Shown here: positions 12,001 to 24,000 of the stretch, in pieces | How the letters are laid out: every line of letters starts with the position of its first letter | Numbering within the stretch: position 1 is the first letter of the stretch | NCBI GenBank assembly: GCA_040954595.2 | Contig: CM082579.2 | Location: 13,331,834 to 13,395,833, forward strand | Direction: 5' to 3' | Origin: Balanoglossus misakiensis | Taxonomy: Eukaryota > Animalia > Hemichordata | Length of the DNA: 64,000 bases | Notes under the pieces: model-generated | Seen by the model: the letters and a program-made list of their open reading frames with translations, nothing else | Database searches by the model: none | Told to the model about the DNA's origin: nothing | Made by a program: the position numbers and the translations under genes

Positions 12001-15000
12001 CAGAGTCAGCTATCTTGTCTCTGGCCTCTGCCAATTGGCAGAGTCAGCCATCTCATCTCTGCCAATTGGCAGAGTCAGCCATCTCGTCTCTGGCCCCTGC
12101 CAATTGGCAGAGTCAGCCATCGCCATCTTGTCTCTAGCCTCTGCCAATTGGCAGAGTCAGCCATCTTGTCTCTGGCCTCTGCCAATTGGCAGAGTCAGCC
12201 ATCGCCATCTTGTCTCTAGCCGCTGCCAATTGGCAGAGTCAGCCATCTTGTCTCTAGCCTCTGCCAATTGGCAGAGTCAGCCATCTTGTCTCTAGCCTCT
12301 GCCAATTGGCAGAGTCAGCCATCTCATCTCTGCCGATTGGCAGAGTCAGCCATCTTGTCTCTGGCCTCTGCCAATTGGCAGAGTCAGCCATCTTGTCTCT
12401 AGCCTCTGCCAATTGGCAGAGTCAGCCATCTCATCTCTGCCAATTGGCAGAGTCAGCCATCTCGTCTCTGGCCTCTGCCGATTGGCAGAGTCAGCCATCT
12501 TGTCTCTGGCCTCTGCCGATTGGCAGAGTCAGCCATCTTGTCTCTGGCCTCTGCCAATTGGCAGAGTCAGCCATCTTGTCTCTGGCCTCTGCCAATTGGC
12601 AGAGTCAGCCATCTAATCTCTGCCAATTGGCAGAGTCAGCCATCTCGTCTCTGGCCCCTGCCAATTGGCAGAGTTAGCCATCGCCATCTTGTCTCTAGCC
12701 TCTGCCAATTGGCAGAGTCAGCCATCTCGTCTCTGGCCTCTGCCGATTGGCAGAGTCAGCCATCTTGTCTCTGGCCTCTGCCAATTGGCAGAGTCAGCCA
12801 TCTTGTCTCTGGCCTCTGCCAATTGGCAGAGTCAGCCATCTTGTCTCTAGCCTCTGCCAATTGGCAGAGTCAGCCATCTCATCTCTGCCAATTGGCAGAG
12901 TCAGCCATCTCGTCTCAGGCCCCTGCCAATTGGCAGAGTTAGCCATCGCCATCTTGTCTCTAGCCTCTGCCAATTGGCAGAGTCAGCCATCTCGTCTCTG
13001 GCCTCTGCCGATTGGCAGAGTAGCCATCTTGTCTCTAGCCTCTGCCAATTGGCAGAGTCAGCCATCTCGTCTCTGGCCCCTGCCAATTGGCAGAGTTAGC
13101 CATCGCCATCTTGTCTCTAGCCTCTGCCAATTGGCAGAGTCAGCCATCTCGTCTCTGGCCTCTGCCGATTGGCAGAGTCAGCCATCTTGTCTCTGGCCTC
13201 TGCCAATTGGCAGAGTCAGCCATCTTGTCTCTAGCCTCTGCCAATTGGCAGAGTCAGCCATCTTGTCTCTGGCCTCTGCCAATTGGCAGAGTCAGCCATC
13301 TTGTCCCTGGCCTCTGCCAATTGGCAGAGTCAGCCATCTTGTCTCTAGCCTCTGCCAATTGGCAGAGTCAGCCATCTCATCTCTGCCAATTGGCAGAGTC
13401 AGCCATCTCGTCTCTGGCCCCTGCCAATTGGCAGAGTTAGCCATCGCCATCTTGTCTCTAGCCTCTGCCAATTGGCAGAGTCAGCCATCTCGTCTCTAGC
13501 CTCTGCCAATTGGCAGAGTCAGCCATCTTGTCTCTGGCCTCTACCAATTGACAGAGTCAGCCATCTTGTCTCTGGCCTCTGCCAATTGGCAGAGTTAGCC
13601 ATCGCCATCTTGTCTCTAGCCTCTGCCAATTGGCAGAGTCAGCCATCTTGTCTCTAGCCTCTGCCAATTGGCAGAGTCAGCCATCTTGTCTCTGGCCTCT
13701 ACCAATTGACAGAGTCAGCCATCTTGTCTCTGGCCTCTGCCAATTGGCAGAGTCAGCCATCTCATCTCTGCCGATTGGCAGAGTCAGCCATCTTGTCTCT
13801 GGCCTCTGCCAATTGGCAGAGTCAGCCATCTCGTCTCTGGCCTCTGCCGATTGGCAGAGTCAGCCATCTCGTCTCTGGCCTCTGCCGATTGGCAGAGTCA
13901 GCCATCTCGTCTCTGGCCTCTGCCGATTGGCAGAGTCAGCCATCTCGTCTCTGGCCTCTGCCGATTGGCAGAGTCAGCCATCTCGTCTCTGGTCTCAGCC
14001 GATTGGCAGAGTCAGCCATCTCGTCTCTGGCCTCTGCCGATTGGCAGAGTCAGCCATCTCGTCTCTGGCCTCTGCCGATTGGCAGAGTCAGCCATCTCGT
14101 CTCTGGCCTCTGCCGATTGGCAGAGTCAGCCATCTCGTCTCTGGCCTCTGCCGATTGGCAGAGTCAGCCATCTCGTCTCTGGCCTCTGCCGATTGGCAGA
14201 GTCAGCCATCTCGTCCCTGGCCTCTGCCAATTGGCAGAGTCAGCTATCTTGTCTCTGGCCTCTGCCAATTGGCAGAGTCAGCCATCTCATCTCTGCCAAT
14301 TGGCAGAGTCAGCCATCTCGTCTCTGGCCCCTGCCAATTGGCAGAGTCAGCCATCGCCATCTTGTCTCTAGCCTCTGCCAATTGGCAGAGTCAGCCATCT
14401 TGTCTCTGGCCTCTGCCAATTGGCAGAGTCAGCCATCGCCATCTTGTCTCTAGCCGCTGCCAATTGGCAGAGTCAGCCATCTTGTCTCTAGCCTCTGCCA
14501 ATTGGCAGAGTCAGCCATCTTGTCTCTAGCCTCTGCCAATTGGCAGAGTCAGCCATCTCATCTCTGCCGATTGGCAGAGTCAGCCATCTTGTCTCTGGCC
14601 TCTGCCAATTGGCAGAGTCAGCCATCTTGTCTCTAGCCTCTGCCAATTGGCAGAGTCAGCCATCTCATCTCTGCCAATTGGCAGAGTCAGCCATCTCGTC
14701 TCTGGCCTCTGCCGATTGGCAGAGTCAGCCATCTTGTCTCTGGCCTCTGCCGATTGGCAGAGTCAGCCATCTTGTCTCTGGCCTCTGCCAATTGGCAGAG
14801 TCAGCCATCTTGTCTCTGGCCTCTGCCAATTGGCAGAGTCAGCCATCTAATCTCTGCCAATTGGCAGAGTCAGCCATCTCGTCTCTGGCCCCTGCCAATT
14901 GGCAGAGTTAGCCATCGCCATCTTGTCTCTAGCCTCTGCCAATTGGCAGAGTCAGCCATCTCGTCTCTGGCCTCTGCCGATTGGCAGAGTCAGCCATCTT

Positions 15001-18000
15001 GTCTCTGGCCTCTGCCAATTGGCAGAGTCAGCCATCTTGTCTCTGGCCTCTGCCAATTGGCAGAGTCAGCCATCTTGTCTCTAGCCTCTGCCAATTGGCA
15101 GAGTCAGCCATCTCATCTCTGCCAATTGGCAGAGTCAGCCATCTCGTCTCAGGCCCCTGCCAATTGGCAGAGTTAGCCATCGCCATCTTGTCTCTAGCCT
15201 CTGCCAATTGGCAGAGTCAGCCATCTCGTCTCTGGCCTCTGCCGATTGGCAGAGTAGCCATCTTGTCTCTAGCCTCTGCCAATTGGCAGAGTCAGCCATC
15301 TCGTCTCTGGCCCCTGCCAATTGGCAGAGTTAGCCATCGCCATCTTGTCTCTAGCCTCTGCCAATTGGCAGAGTAAGCCATCTCGTCTCTGGCCTCTGCC
15401 GATTGGCAGAGTCAGCCATCTTGTCTCTGGCCTCTGCCAATTGGCAGAGTCAGCCATCTTGTCTCTAGCCTCTGCCAATTGGCAGAGTCAGCCATCTTGT
15501 CTCTGGCCTCTGCCAATTGGCAGAGTCAGCCATCTTGTCCCTGGCCTCTGCCAATTGGCAGAGTCAGCCATCTTGTCTCTAGCCTCTGCCAATTGGCAGA
15601 GTCAGCCATCTCATCTCTGCCAATTGGCAGAGTCAGCCATCTCGTCTCTGGCCCCTGCCAATTGGCAGAGTTAGCCATCGCCATCTTGTCTCTAGCCTCT
15701 GCCAATTGGCAGAGTCAGCCATCTCGTCTCTAGCCTCTGCCAATTGGCAGAGTCAGCCATCTTGTCTCTGGCCTCTACCAATTGACAGAGTCAGCCATCT
15801 TGTCTCTGGCCTCTGCCAATTGGCAGAGTTAGCCATCGCCATCTTGTCTCTAGCCTCTGCCAATTGGCAGAGTCAGCCATCTTGTCTCTAGCCTCTGCCA
15901 ATTGGCAGAGTCAGCCATCTTGTCTCTGGCCTCTACCAATTGACAGAGTCAGCCATCTTGTCTCTGGCCTCTGCCAATTGGCAGAGTCAGCCATCTTGTC
16001 TCTAGCCTCTGCCAAATGGCAGAGTCAGCCATCTCATCTCTGCCTATTGGCAGAGTCAGCCATCTCGTCTCTGGCCTCTGCCGATTGGAAGAGTCAGCCA
16101 TCTCGTCTCTGGCCTCTGCCGATTGGCAGAGTCAGCCATCTCGTCTCTGGCCTCTGCCGATTGGCAGAGTCAGCCATCTCGTCTCTGGCCTCTGCCGATT
16201 GGCAGAGTCAGCCATCTCGTCTCTGGCCTCTGCCGATTGGCAGAGTCAGCCATCTCGTCTCTGGCCTCTGCCGATTGGCAGAGTCAGCCATCTCGTCTCT
16301 GGCCTCTGCCGATTGGCAGAGTCAGCCATCTCGTCTCTGGCCTCTGCCGATTGGCAGAGTCAGCCATCTCGTCTCTGGCCTCTGCCGATTGGCAGAGTCA
16401 GCCATCTCGTCTTTGGCCTCTGCCGATTGGCAGAGTCAGCCATCTCGTCTCTGGTCTCTGCCGATTGGCAGAGTCAGCCATCTCGTCTCTGGCCTCTGCC
16501 GATTGGCAGAGTCAGCCATCTCGTCTCTGGCCTCTGCCGATTGGCAGAGTCAGCCATCTCGTCTCTGGCCTCTGCCGATTGGCAGAGTCAGCCATCTCGT
16601 CTCTGGCCTCTGCCGATTGGCAGAGTCAGCCATCTCGTCTCTGGCCTCTGCCAATTGGCAGAGTCAGCCATCTTGTCTCTGGCCTCTGCCAATAGGCAGA
16701 GTCAGCCATCTCATCTCTGCCAATTGGCAGAGTCAGCCATCTCGTCTCTGGCCCCTGCCAATTGGAAGAGTCAGCCATCGCCATCTTGTCTCTAGCCTCT
16801 GCCAATTGGCAGAGTCAGCCATCTTGTCTCTGGCCTCTGCCAATTGGCAGAGTCAGCCATCGCCATCTCGTCTCTGGCCCCTGCCAATTGGCAGAGTCAG
16901 CCATCTTGTCTCTGGCCTCTGCCAATTGGCAGAGTCAGCCTTCTTGTCTCTAGCCTCTGCCAATTGGCAGAGTCAGCCATCTCATCTCTGCCAATTGGCA
17001 GAGTCAGCCATCTCGTCTCTGGCCCCTGCCAATTGGCAGAGTTAGCCATCGCCATCTTGTCTCTAGCCTCTGCCAATTGGCAGAGTCAGCCATCTCGTCT
17101 CTGGCCTCTGCTGATTGGCAGAGTAGCCATCTTGTCTCTAGCCTCTGCCAATTGGCAGAGTCAGCCATCTTGTCTCTAGCCTCTGCCAATTGGCAGAGTC
17201 AGCCATCTTGTCTCTGGCCTCTACCAATTGGCAGAGTCAGCCATCTTGTCTCTGGCCTCTGCCAATTGGCAGAGTCAGCCATCTTGTCTCTAGCCTCTGC
17301 CAATTGGCAGAGTCAGCCATCTCATCTCTGCCAATTGGCAGAGTCAGCCATCTCGTCTCTGGCCTCTGCCGATTGGCAGAGTCAGCCATCTCGTCTCTGG
17401 CCTCTGCCGATTGGCAGAGTCAGCCATCTCGTCTCTGGCCTCTGCCGATTGGCAGAGTCAGCCATCTTGTCTCTAGCCTCTGCCAATTGGCAGAGTCAGC
17501 CATCTTGTCTCTGGCCTCTGCCAATTGGCAGAGTCAGCCATCTTGTCTCTGGCCTCTGCCAATTGGCAGAGTCAGCCATCTTGTCTCTAGCCTCTGCCAA
17601 TTGGCAGAGTCAGCCATCTCATCTCTGCCAATTGGCAGAGTCAGCCATCTTGTCTCTAGCCTCTGCCAATTGGCAGAGTCAGCCATCTTGTCTCTGGCCT
17701 CTGCCAATTGGCAGAGTCAGCCATCTTGTCTCTGGCCTCTGCCAATTGGCAGAGTCAGCCATCTTGTCTCTAGCCTCTGCCAATTGGCAGAGTCAGCCAT
17801 CTCATCTCTGCCAATTGGCAGAGTCAGCCATCTCGTCTCTGGCCCCTGCCAATTGGCAGAGTCAGCCATCGCCATCTTGTCTCAAGCCTCTGCCAATTGG
17901 CAGAGTCAGCCATCTTGTCTCTGGCCTCTGCCAATTGGCAGAGTCAGCCATCGCCATCTTGTCTCAAGCCTCTGCCAATTGGCAGAGTCAGCCATCTCGT

Positions 18001-21000
18001 CTCTGGCCCCTGCCAATTGGCAGAGTCAGCCATCGCCATCTTGTCTCAAGCCTCTGCCAATTGGCAGAGTCAGCCATCTTGTCTCTGGCCTCTGCCAATT
18101 GGCAGAGTCAGCCATCGCCATCTTGTCTCAAGCCTCTGCCAATTGGCAGAGTCAGCCATCTTGTCTCTGGCCTCTGCCAATTGGCAGAGTCAGCCATCTT
18201 GTCTCTAGCCTCTGCCAATTGGCAGAGTCAGCCATCTCATCTCTGCCGATTGGCAGAGTCAGCCATCTTGTCTCTGGCCTCTGCCAATTGGCAGAGTCAG
18301 CCATCTTGTCTCTGGCCTCTGCCAATTGGCAGAGTCAGCCATCTCATCTCTGCCAATTGGCAGAGTCAGCCATCTCGTCTCTGGCCCCTGCCAATTGGCA
18401 GAGTTAGCCATCGCCATCTTGTCCCTAGCCTCTGCCAATTGGCAGAGTCAGCCATCTCGTCTCTGGCCTCTGCCGATTGGCAGAGTCAGCCATCTTGTCT
18501 CTGGCCTCTGCCAATTGGCAGAGTCATCCATCTTGTCTCTAGCCTCTGCCAATTGGCAGAGTCAGCCATCTCGTCTCTGGCCTCTGCCGATTGGTAGAGT
18601 CAGCCATCTTGTCTCTGGCCTCTGCCAATTGGCAGAGTTAGCCATCGCCATCTTGTCTCTAGCCTCTGCCAATTGGCAGAGTCAGCCATCTTGTCTCTAG
18701 CCTCTGCCAATTGGCAGAGTCAGCCATCTTGTCTCTGGCCTCTACCAATTGACAGAGTCAGCCATCTTGTCTCTGGCCTCTGCCAATTGGCAGAGTCAGC
18801 CATCTCATCTCTGCCGATTGGCAGAGTCAGCCATCTTGTCTCTGGCCTCTGCCAATTGGCAGAGTCAGCCATCTCGTCTCTGGCCTCTGCCGATTGGCAG
18901 AGTCAGCCATCTCGTCTCTGGCCTCTGCCGATTGGCAGAGTCAGCCATCTCGTCTCTGGCCTCTGCCGATTGGCAGAGTCAGCCATCTCGTCTCTGGCCT
19001 CTGCCGATTGGCAGAGTCAGCCATCTCGTCTCTGGTCTCAGCCGATTGGCAGAGTCAGCCATCTCGTCTCTGGCCTCTGCCGATTGGCAGAGTCAGCCAT
19101 CTCGTCTCTGGCCTCTGCCGATTGGCAGAGTCAGCCATCTCGTCTCTGGCCTCTGCCGATTGGCAGAGTCAGCCATCTCGTCTCTGGCCTCTGCCGATTG
19201 GCAGAGTCAGCCATCTCGTCTCTGGCCTCTGCCGATTGGCAGAGTCAGCCATCTCGTCCCTGGCCTCTGCCAATTGGCAGAGTCAGCTATCTTGTCTCTG
19301 GCCTCTGCCAATTGGCAGAGTCAGCCATCTCATCTCTGCCAATTGGCAGAGTCAGCCATCTCGTCTCTGGCCCCTGCCAATTGGCAGAGTCAGCCATCGC
19401 CATCTTGTCTCTAGCCTCTGCCAATTGGCAGAGTCAGCCATCTTGTCTCTGGCCTCTGCCAATTGGCAGAGTCAGCCATCGCCATCTTGTCTCTAGCCGC
19501 TGCCAATTGGCAGAGTCAGCCATCTTGTCTCTAGCCTCTGCCAATTGGCAGAGTCAGCCATCTTGTCTCTAGCCTCTGCCAATTGGCAGAGTCAGCCATC
19601 TCATCTCTGCCGATTGGCAGAGTCAGCCATCTTGTCTCTGGCCTCTGCCAATTGGCAGAGTCAGCCATCTTGTCTCTAGCCTCTGCCAATTGGCAGAGTC
19701 AGCCATCTCATCTCTGCCAATTGGCAGAGTCAGCCATCTCGTCTCTGGCCTCTGCCGATTGGCAGAGTCAGCCATCTTGTCTCTGGCCTCTGCCGATTGG
19801 CAGAGTCAGCCATCTTGTCTCTGGCCTCTGCCAATTGGCAGAGTCAGCCATCTTGTCTCTGGCCTCTGCCAATTGGCAGAGTCAGCCATCTAATCTCTGC
19901 CAATTGGCAGAGTCAGCCATCTCGTCTCTGGCCCCTGCCAATTGGCAGAGTTAGCCATCGCCATCTTGTCTCTAGCCTCTGCCAATTGGCAGAGTCAGCC
20001 ATCTCGTCTCTGGCCTCTGCCGATTGGCAGAGTCAGCCATCTTGTCTCTGGCCTCTGCCAATTGGCAGAGTCAGCCATCTTGTCTCTGGCCTCTGCCAAT
20101 TGGCAGAGTCAGCCATCTTGTCTCTAGCCTCTGCCAATTGGCAGAGTCAGCCATCTCATCTCTGCCAATTGGCAGAGTCAGCCATCTCGTCTCAGGCCCC
20201 TGCCAATTGGCAGAGTTAGCCATCGCCATCTTGTCTCTAGCCTCTGCCAATTGGCAGAGTCAGCCATCTCGTCTCTGGCCTCTGCCGATTGGCAGAGTAG
20301 CCATCTTGTCTCTAGCCTCTGCCAATTGGCAGAGTCAGCCATCTCGTCTCTGGCCCCTGCCAATTGGCAGAGTTAGCCATCGCCATCTTGTCTCTAGCCT
20401 CTGCCAATTGGCAGAGTAAGCCATCTCGTCTCTGGCCTCTGCCGATTGGCAGAGTCAGCCATCTTGTCTCTGGCCTCTGCCAATTGGCAGAGTCAGCCAT
20501 CTTGTCTCTAGCCTCTGCCAATTGGCAGAGTCAGCCATCTTGTCTCTGGCCTCTGCCAATTGGCAGAGTCAGCCATCTTGTCCCTGGCCTCTGCCAATTG
20601 GCAGAGTCAGCCATCTTGTCTCTAGCCTCTGCCAATTGGCAGAGTCAGCCATCTCATCTCTGCCAATTGGCAGAGTCAGCCATCTCGTCTCTGGCCCCTG
20701 CCAATTGGCAGAGTTAGCCATCGCCATCTTGTCTCTAGCCTCTGCCAATTGGCAGAGTCAGCCATCTCGTCTCTAGCCTCTGCCAATTGGCAGAGTCAGC
20801 CATCTTGTCTCTGGCCTCTACCAATTGACAGAGTCAGCCATCTTGTCTCTGGCCTCTGCCAATTGGCAGAGTTAGCCATCGCCATCTTGTCTCTAGCCTC
20901 TGCCAATTGGCAGAGTCAGCCATCTTGTCTCTAGCCTCTGCCAATTGGCAGAGTCAGCCATCTTGTCTCTGGCCTCTACCAATTGACAGAGTCAGCCATC

Positions 21001-24000
21001 TTGTCTCTGGCCTCTGCCAATTGGCAGAGTCAGCCATCTTGTCTCTAGCCTCTGCCAAATGGCAGAGTCAGCCATCTCATCTCTGCCTATTGGCAGAGTC
21101 AGCCATCTCGTCTCTGGCCTCTGCCGATTGGAAGAGTCAGCCATCTCGTCTCTGGCCTCTGCCGATTGGCAGAGTCAGCCATCTCGTCTCTGGCCTCTGC
21201 CGATTGGCAGAGTCAGCCATCTCGTCTCTGGCCTCTGCCGATTGGCAGAGTCAGCCATCTCGTCTCTGGCCTCTGCCGATTGGCAGAGTCAGCCATCTCG
21301 TCTCTGGCCTCTGCCGATTGGCAGAGTCAGCCATCTCGTCTCTGGCCTCTGCCGATTGGCAGAGTCAGCCATCTCGTCTCTGGCCTCTGCCGATTGGCAG
21401 AGTCAGCCATCTCGTCTCTGGCCTCTGCCGATTGGCAGAGTCAGCCATCTCGTCTTTGGCCTCTGCCGATTGGCAGAGTCAGCCATCTCGTCTCTGGTCT
21501 CTGCCGATTGGCAGAGTCAGCCATCTCGTCTCTGGCCTCTGCCGATTGGCAGAGTCAGCCATCTCGTCTCTGGCCTCTGCCGATTGGCAGAGTCAGCCAT
21601 CTCGTCTCTGGCCTCTGCCGATTGGCAGAGTCAGCCATCTCGTCTCTGGCCTCTGCCGATTGGCAGAGTCAGCCATCTCGTCTCTGGCCTCTGCCAATTG
21701 GCAGAGTCAGCCATCTTGTCTCTGGCCTCTGCCAATAGGCAGAGTCAGCCATCTCATCTCTGCCAATTGGCAGAGTCAGCCATCTCGTCTCTGGCCCCTG
21801 CCAATTGGAAGAGTCAGCCATCGCCATCTTGTCTCTAGCCTCTGCCAATTGGCAGAGTCAGCCATCTTGTCTCTGGCCTCTGCCAATTGGCAGAGTCAGC
21901 CATCGCCATCTCGTCTCTGGCCCCTGCCAATTGGCAGAGTCAGCCATCTTGTCTCTGGCCTCTGCCAATTGGCAGAGTCAGCCTTCTTGTCTCTAGCCTC
22001 TGCCAATTGGCAGAGTCAGCCATCTCATCTCTGCCAATTGGCAGAGTCAGCCATCTCGTCTCTGGCCCCTGCCAATTGGCAGAGTTAGCCATCGCCATCT
22101 TGTCTCTAGCCTCTGCCAATTGGCAGAGTCAGCCATCTCGTCTCTGGCCTCTGCTGATTGGCAGAGTAGCCATCTTGTCTCTAGCCTCTGCCAATTGGCA
22201 GAGTCAGCCATCTTGTCTCTAGCCTCTGCCAATTGGCAGAGTCAGCCATCTTGTCTCTGGCCTCTACCAATTGGCAGAGTCAGCCATCTTGTCTCTGGCC
22301 TCTGCCAATTGGCAGAGTCAGCCATCTTGTCTCTAGCCTCTGCCAATTGGCAGAGTCAGCCATCTCATCTCTGCCAATTGGCAGAGTCAGCCATCTCGTC
22401 TCTGGCCTCTGCCGATTGGCAGAGTCAGCCATCTCGTCTCTGGCCTCTGCCGATTGGCAGAGTCAGCCATCTCGTCTCTGGCCTCTGCCGATTGGCAGAG
22501 TCAGCCATCTTGTCTCTAGCCTCTGCCAATTGGCAGAGTCAGCCATCTTGTCTCTGGCCTCTGCCAATTGGCAGAGTCAGCCATCTTGTCTCTGGCCTCT
22601 GCCAATTGGCAGAGTCAGCCATCTTGTCTCTAGCCTCTGCCAATTGGCAGAGTCAGCCATCTCATCTCTGCCAATTGGCAGAGTCAGCCATCTTGTCTCT
22701 AGCCTCTGCCAATTGGCAGAGTCAGCCATCTTGTCTCTGGCCTCTGCCAATTGGCAGAGTCAGCCATCTTGTCTCTGGCCTCTGCCAATTGGCAGAGTCA
22801 GCCATCTTGTCTCTAGCCTCTGCCAATTGGCAGAGTCAGCCATCTCATCTCTGCCAATTGGCAGAGTCAGCCATCTCGTCTCTGGCCCCTGCCAATTGGC
22901 AGAGTCAGCCATCGCCATCTTGTCTCAAGCCTCTGCCAATTGGCAGAGTCAGCCATCTTGTCTCTGGCCTCTGCCAATTGGCAGAGTCAGCCATCGCCAT
23001 CTTGTCTCAAGCCTCTGCCAATTGGCAGAGTCAGCCATCTCGTCTCTGGCCCCTGCCAATTGGCAGAGTCAGCCATCGCCATCTTGTCTCAAGCCTCTGC
23101 CAATTGGCAGAGTCAGCCATCTTGTCTCTGGCCTCTGCCAATTGGCAGAGTCAGCCATCGCCATCTTGTCTCAAGCCTCTGCCAATTGGCAGAGTCAGCC
23201 ATCTTGTCTCTGGCCTCTGCCAATTGGCAGAGTCAGCCATCTTGTCTCTAGCCTCTGCCAATTGGCAGAGTCAGCCATCTCATCTCTGCCGATTGGCAGA
23301 GTCAGCCATCTTGTCTCTGGCCTCTGCCAATTGGCAGAGTCAGCCATCTTGTCTCTGGCCTCTGCCAATTGGCAGAGTCAGCCATCTCATCTCTGCCAAT
23401 TGGCAGAGTCAGCCATCTCGTCTCTGGCCCCTGCCAATTGGCAGAGTTAGCCATCGCCATCTTGTCCCTAGCCTCTGCCAATTGGCAGAGTCAGCCATCT
23501 CGTCTCTGGCCTCTGCCGATTGGCAGAGTCAGCCATCTTGTCTCTGGCCTCTGCCAATTGGCAGAGTCATCCATCTTGTCTCTAGCCTCTGCCAATTGGC
23601 AGAGTCAGCCATCTCGTCTCTGGCCTCTGCCGATTGGTAGAGTCAGCCATCTTGTCTCTGGCCTCTGCCAATTGGCAGAGACAGCCATCTTGTCTCTGGC
23701 CTCTGCCAATTGGCAGAGTCAGCCATCTCATCTCTGCCAATTGGCAGAGTCAGCTATCTCGTCTCTGGCCCCTGCCAATTGGCAGAGTCAGCCATCGCAA
23801 TCTTGTCTCTAGCCTCTGCCAATTGGCAGAGTCAGCCATCTTGTCTCTGGCCTCTGCCGATTGGCAGAGTCAGCCATCTTGTCTCTGGCCCATGCCAATT
23901 GGCAGAGTCAGCCATCTTGTCTCTAGCCTCTGCCAATTGGCAGAGTCAGCCATCTCATCTCTGCCAATTGGCAGAGTCAGCCATCTCGTCTCTGGCCTCT

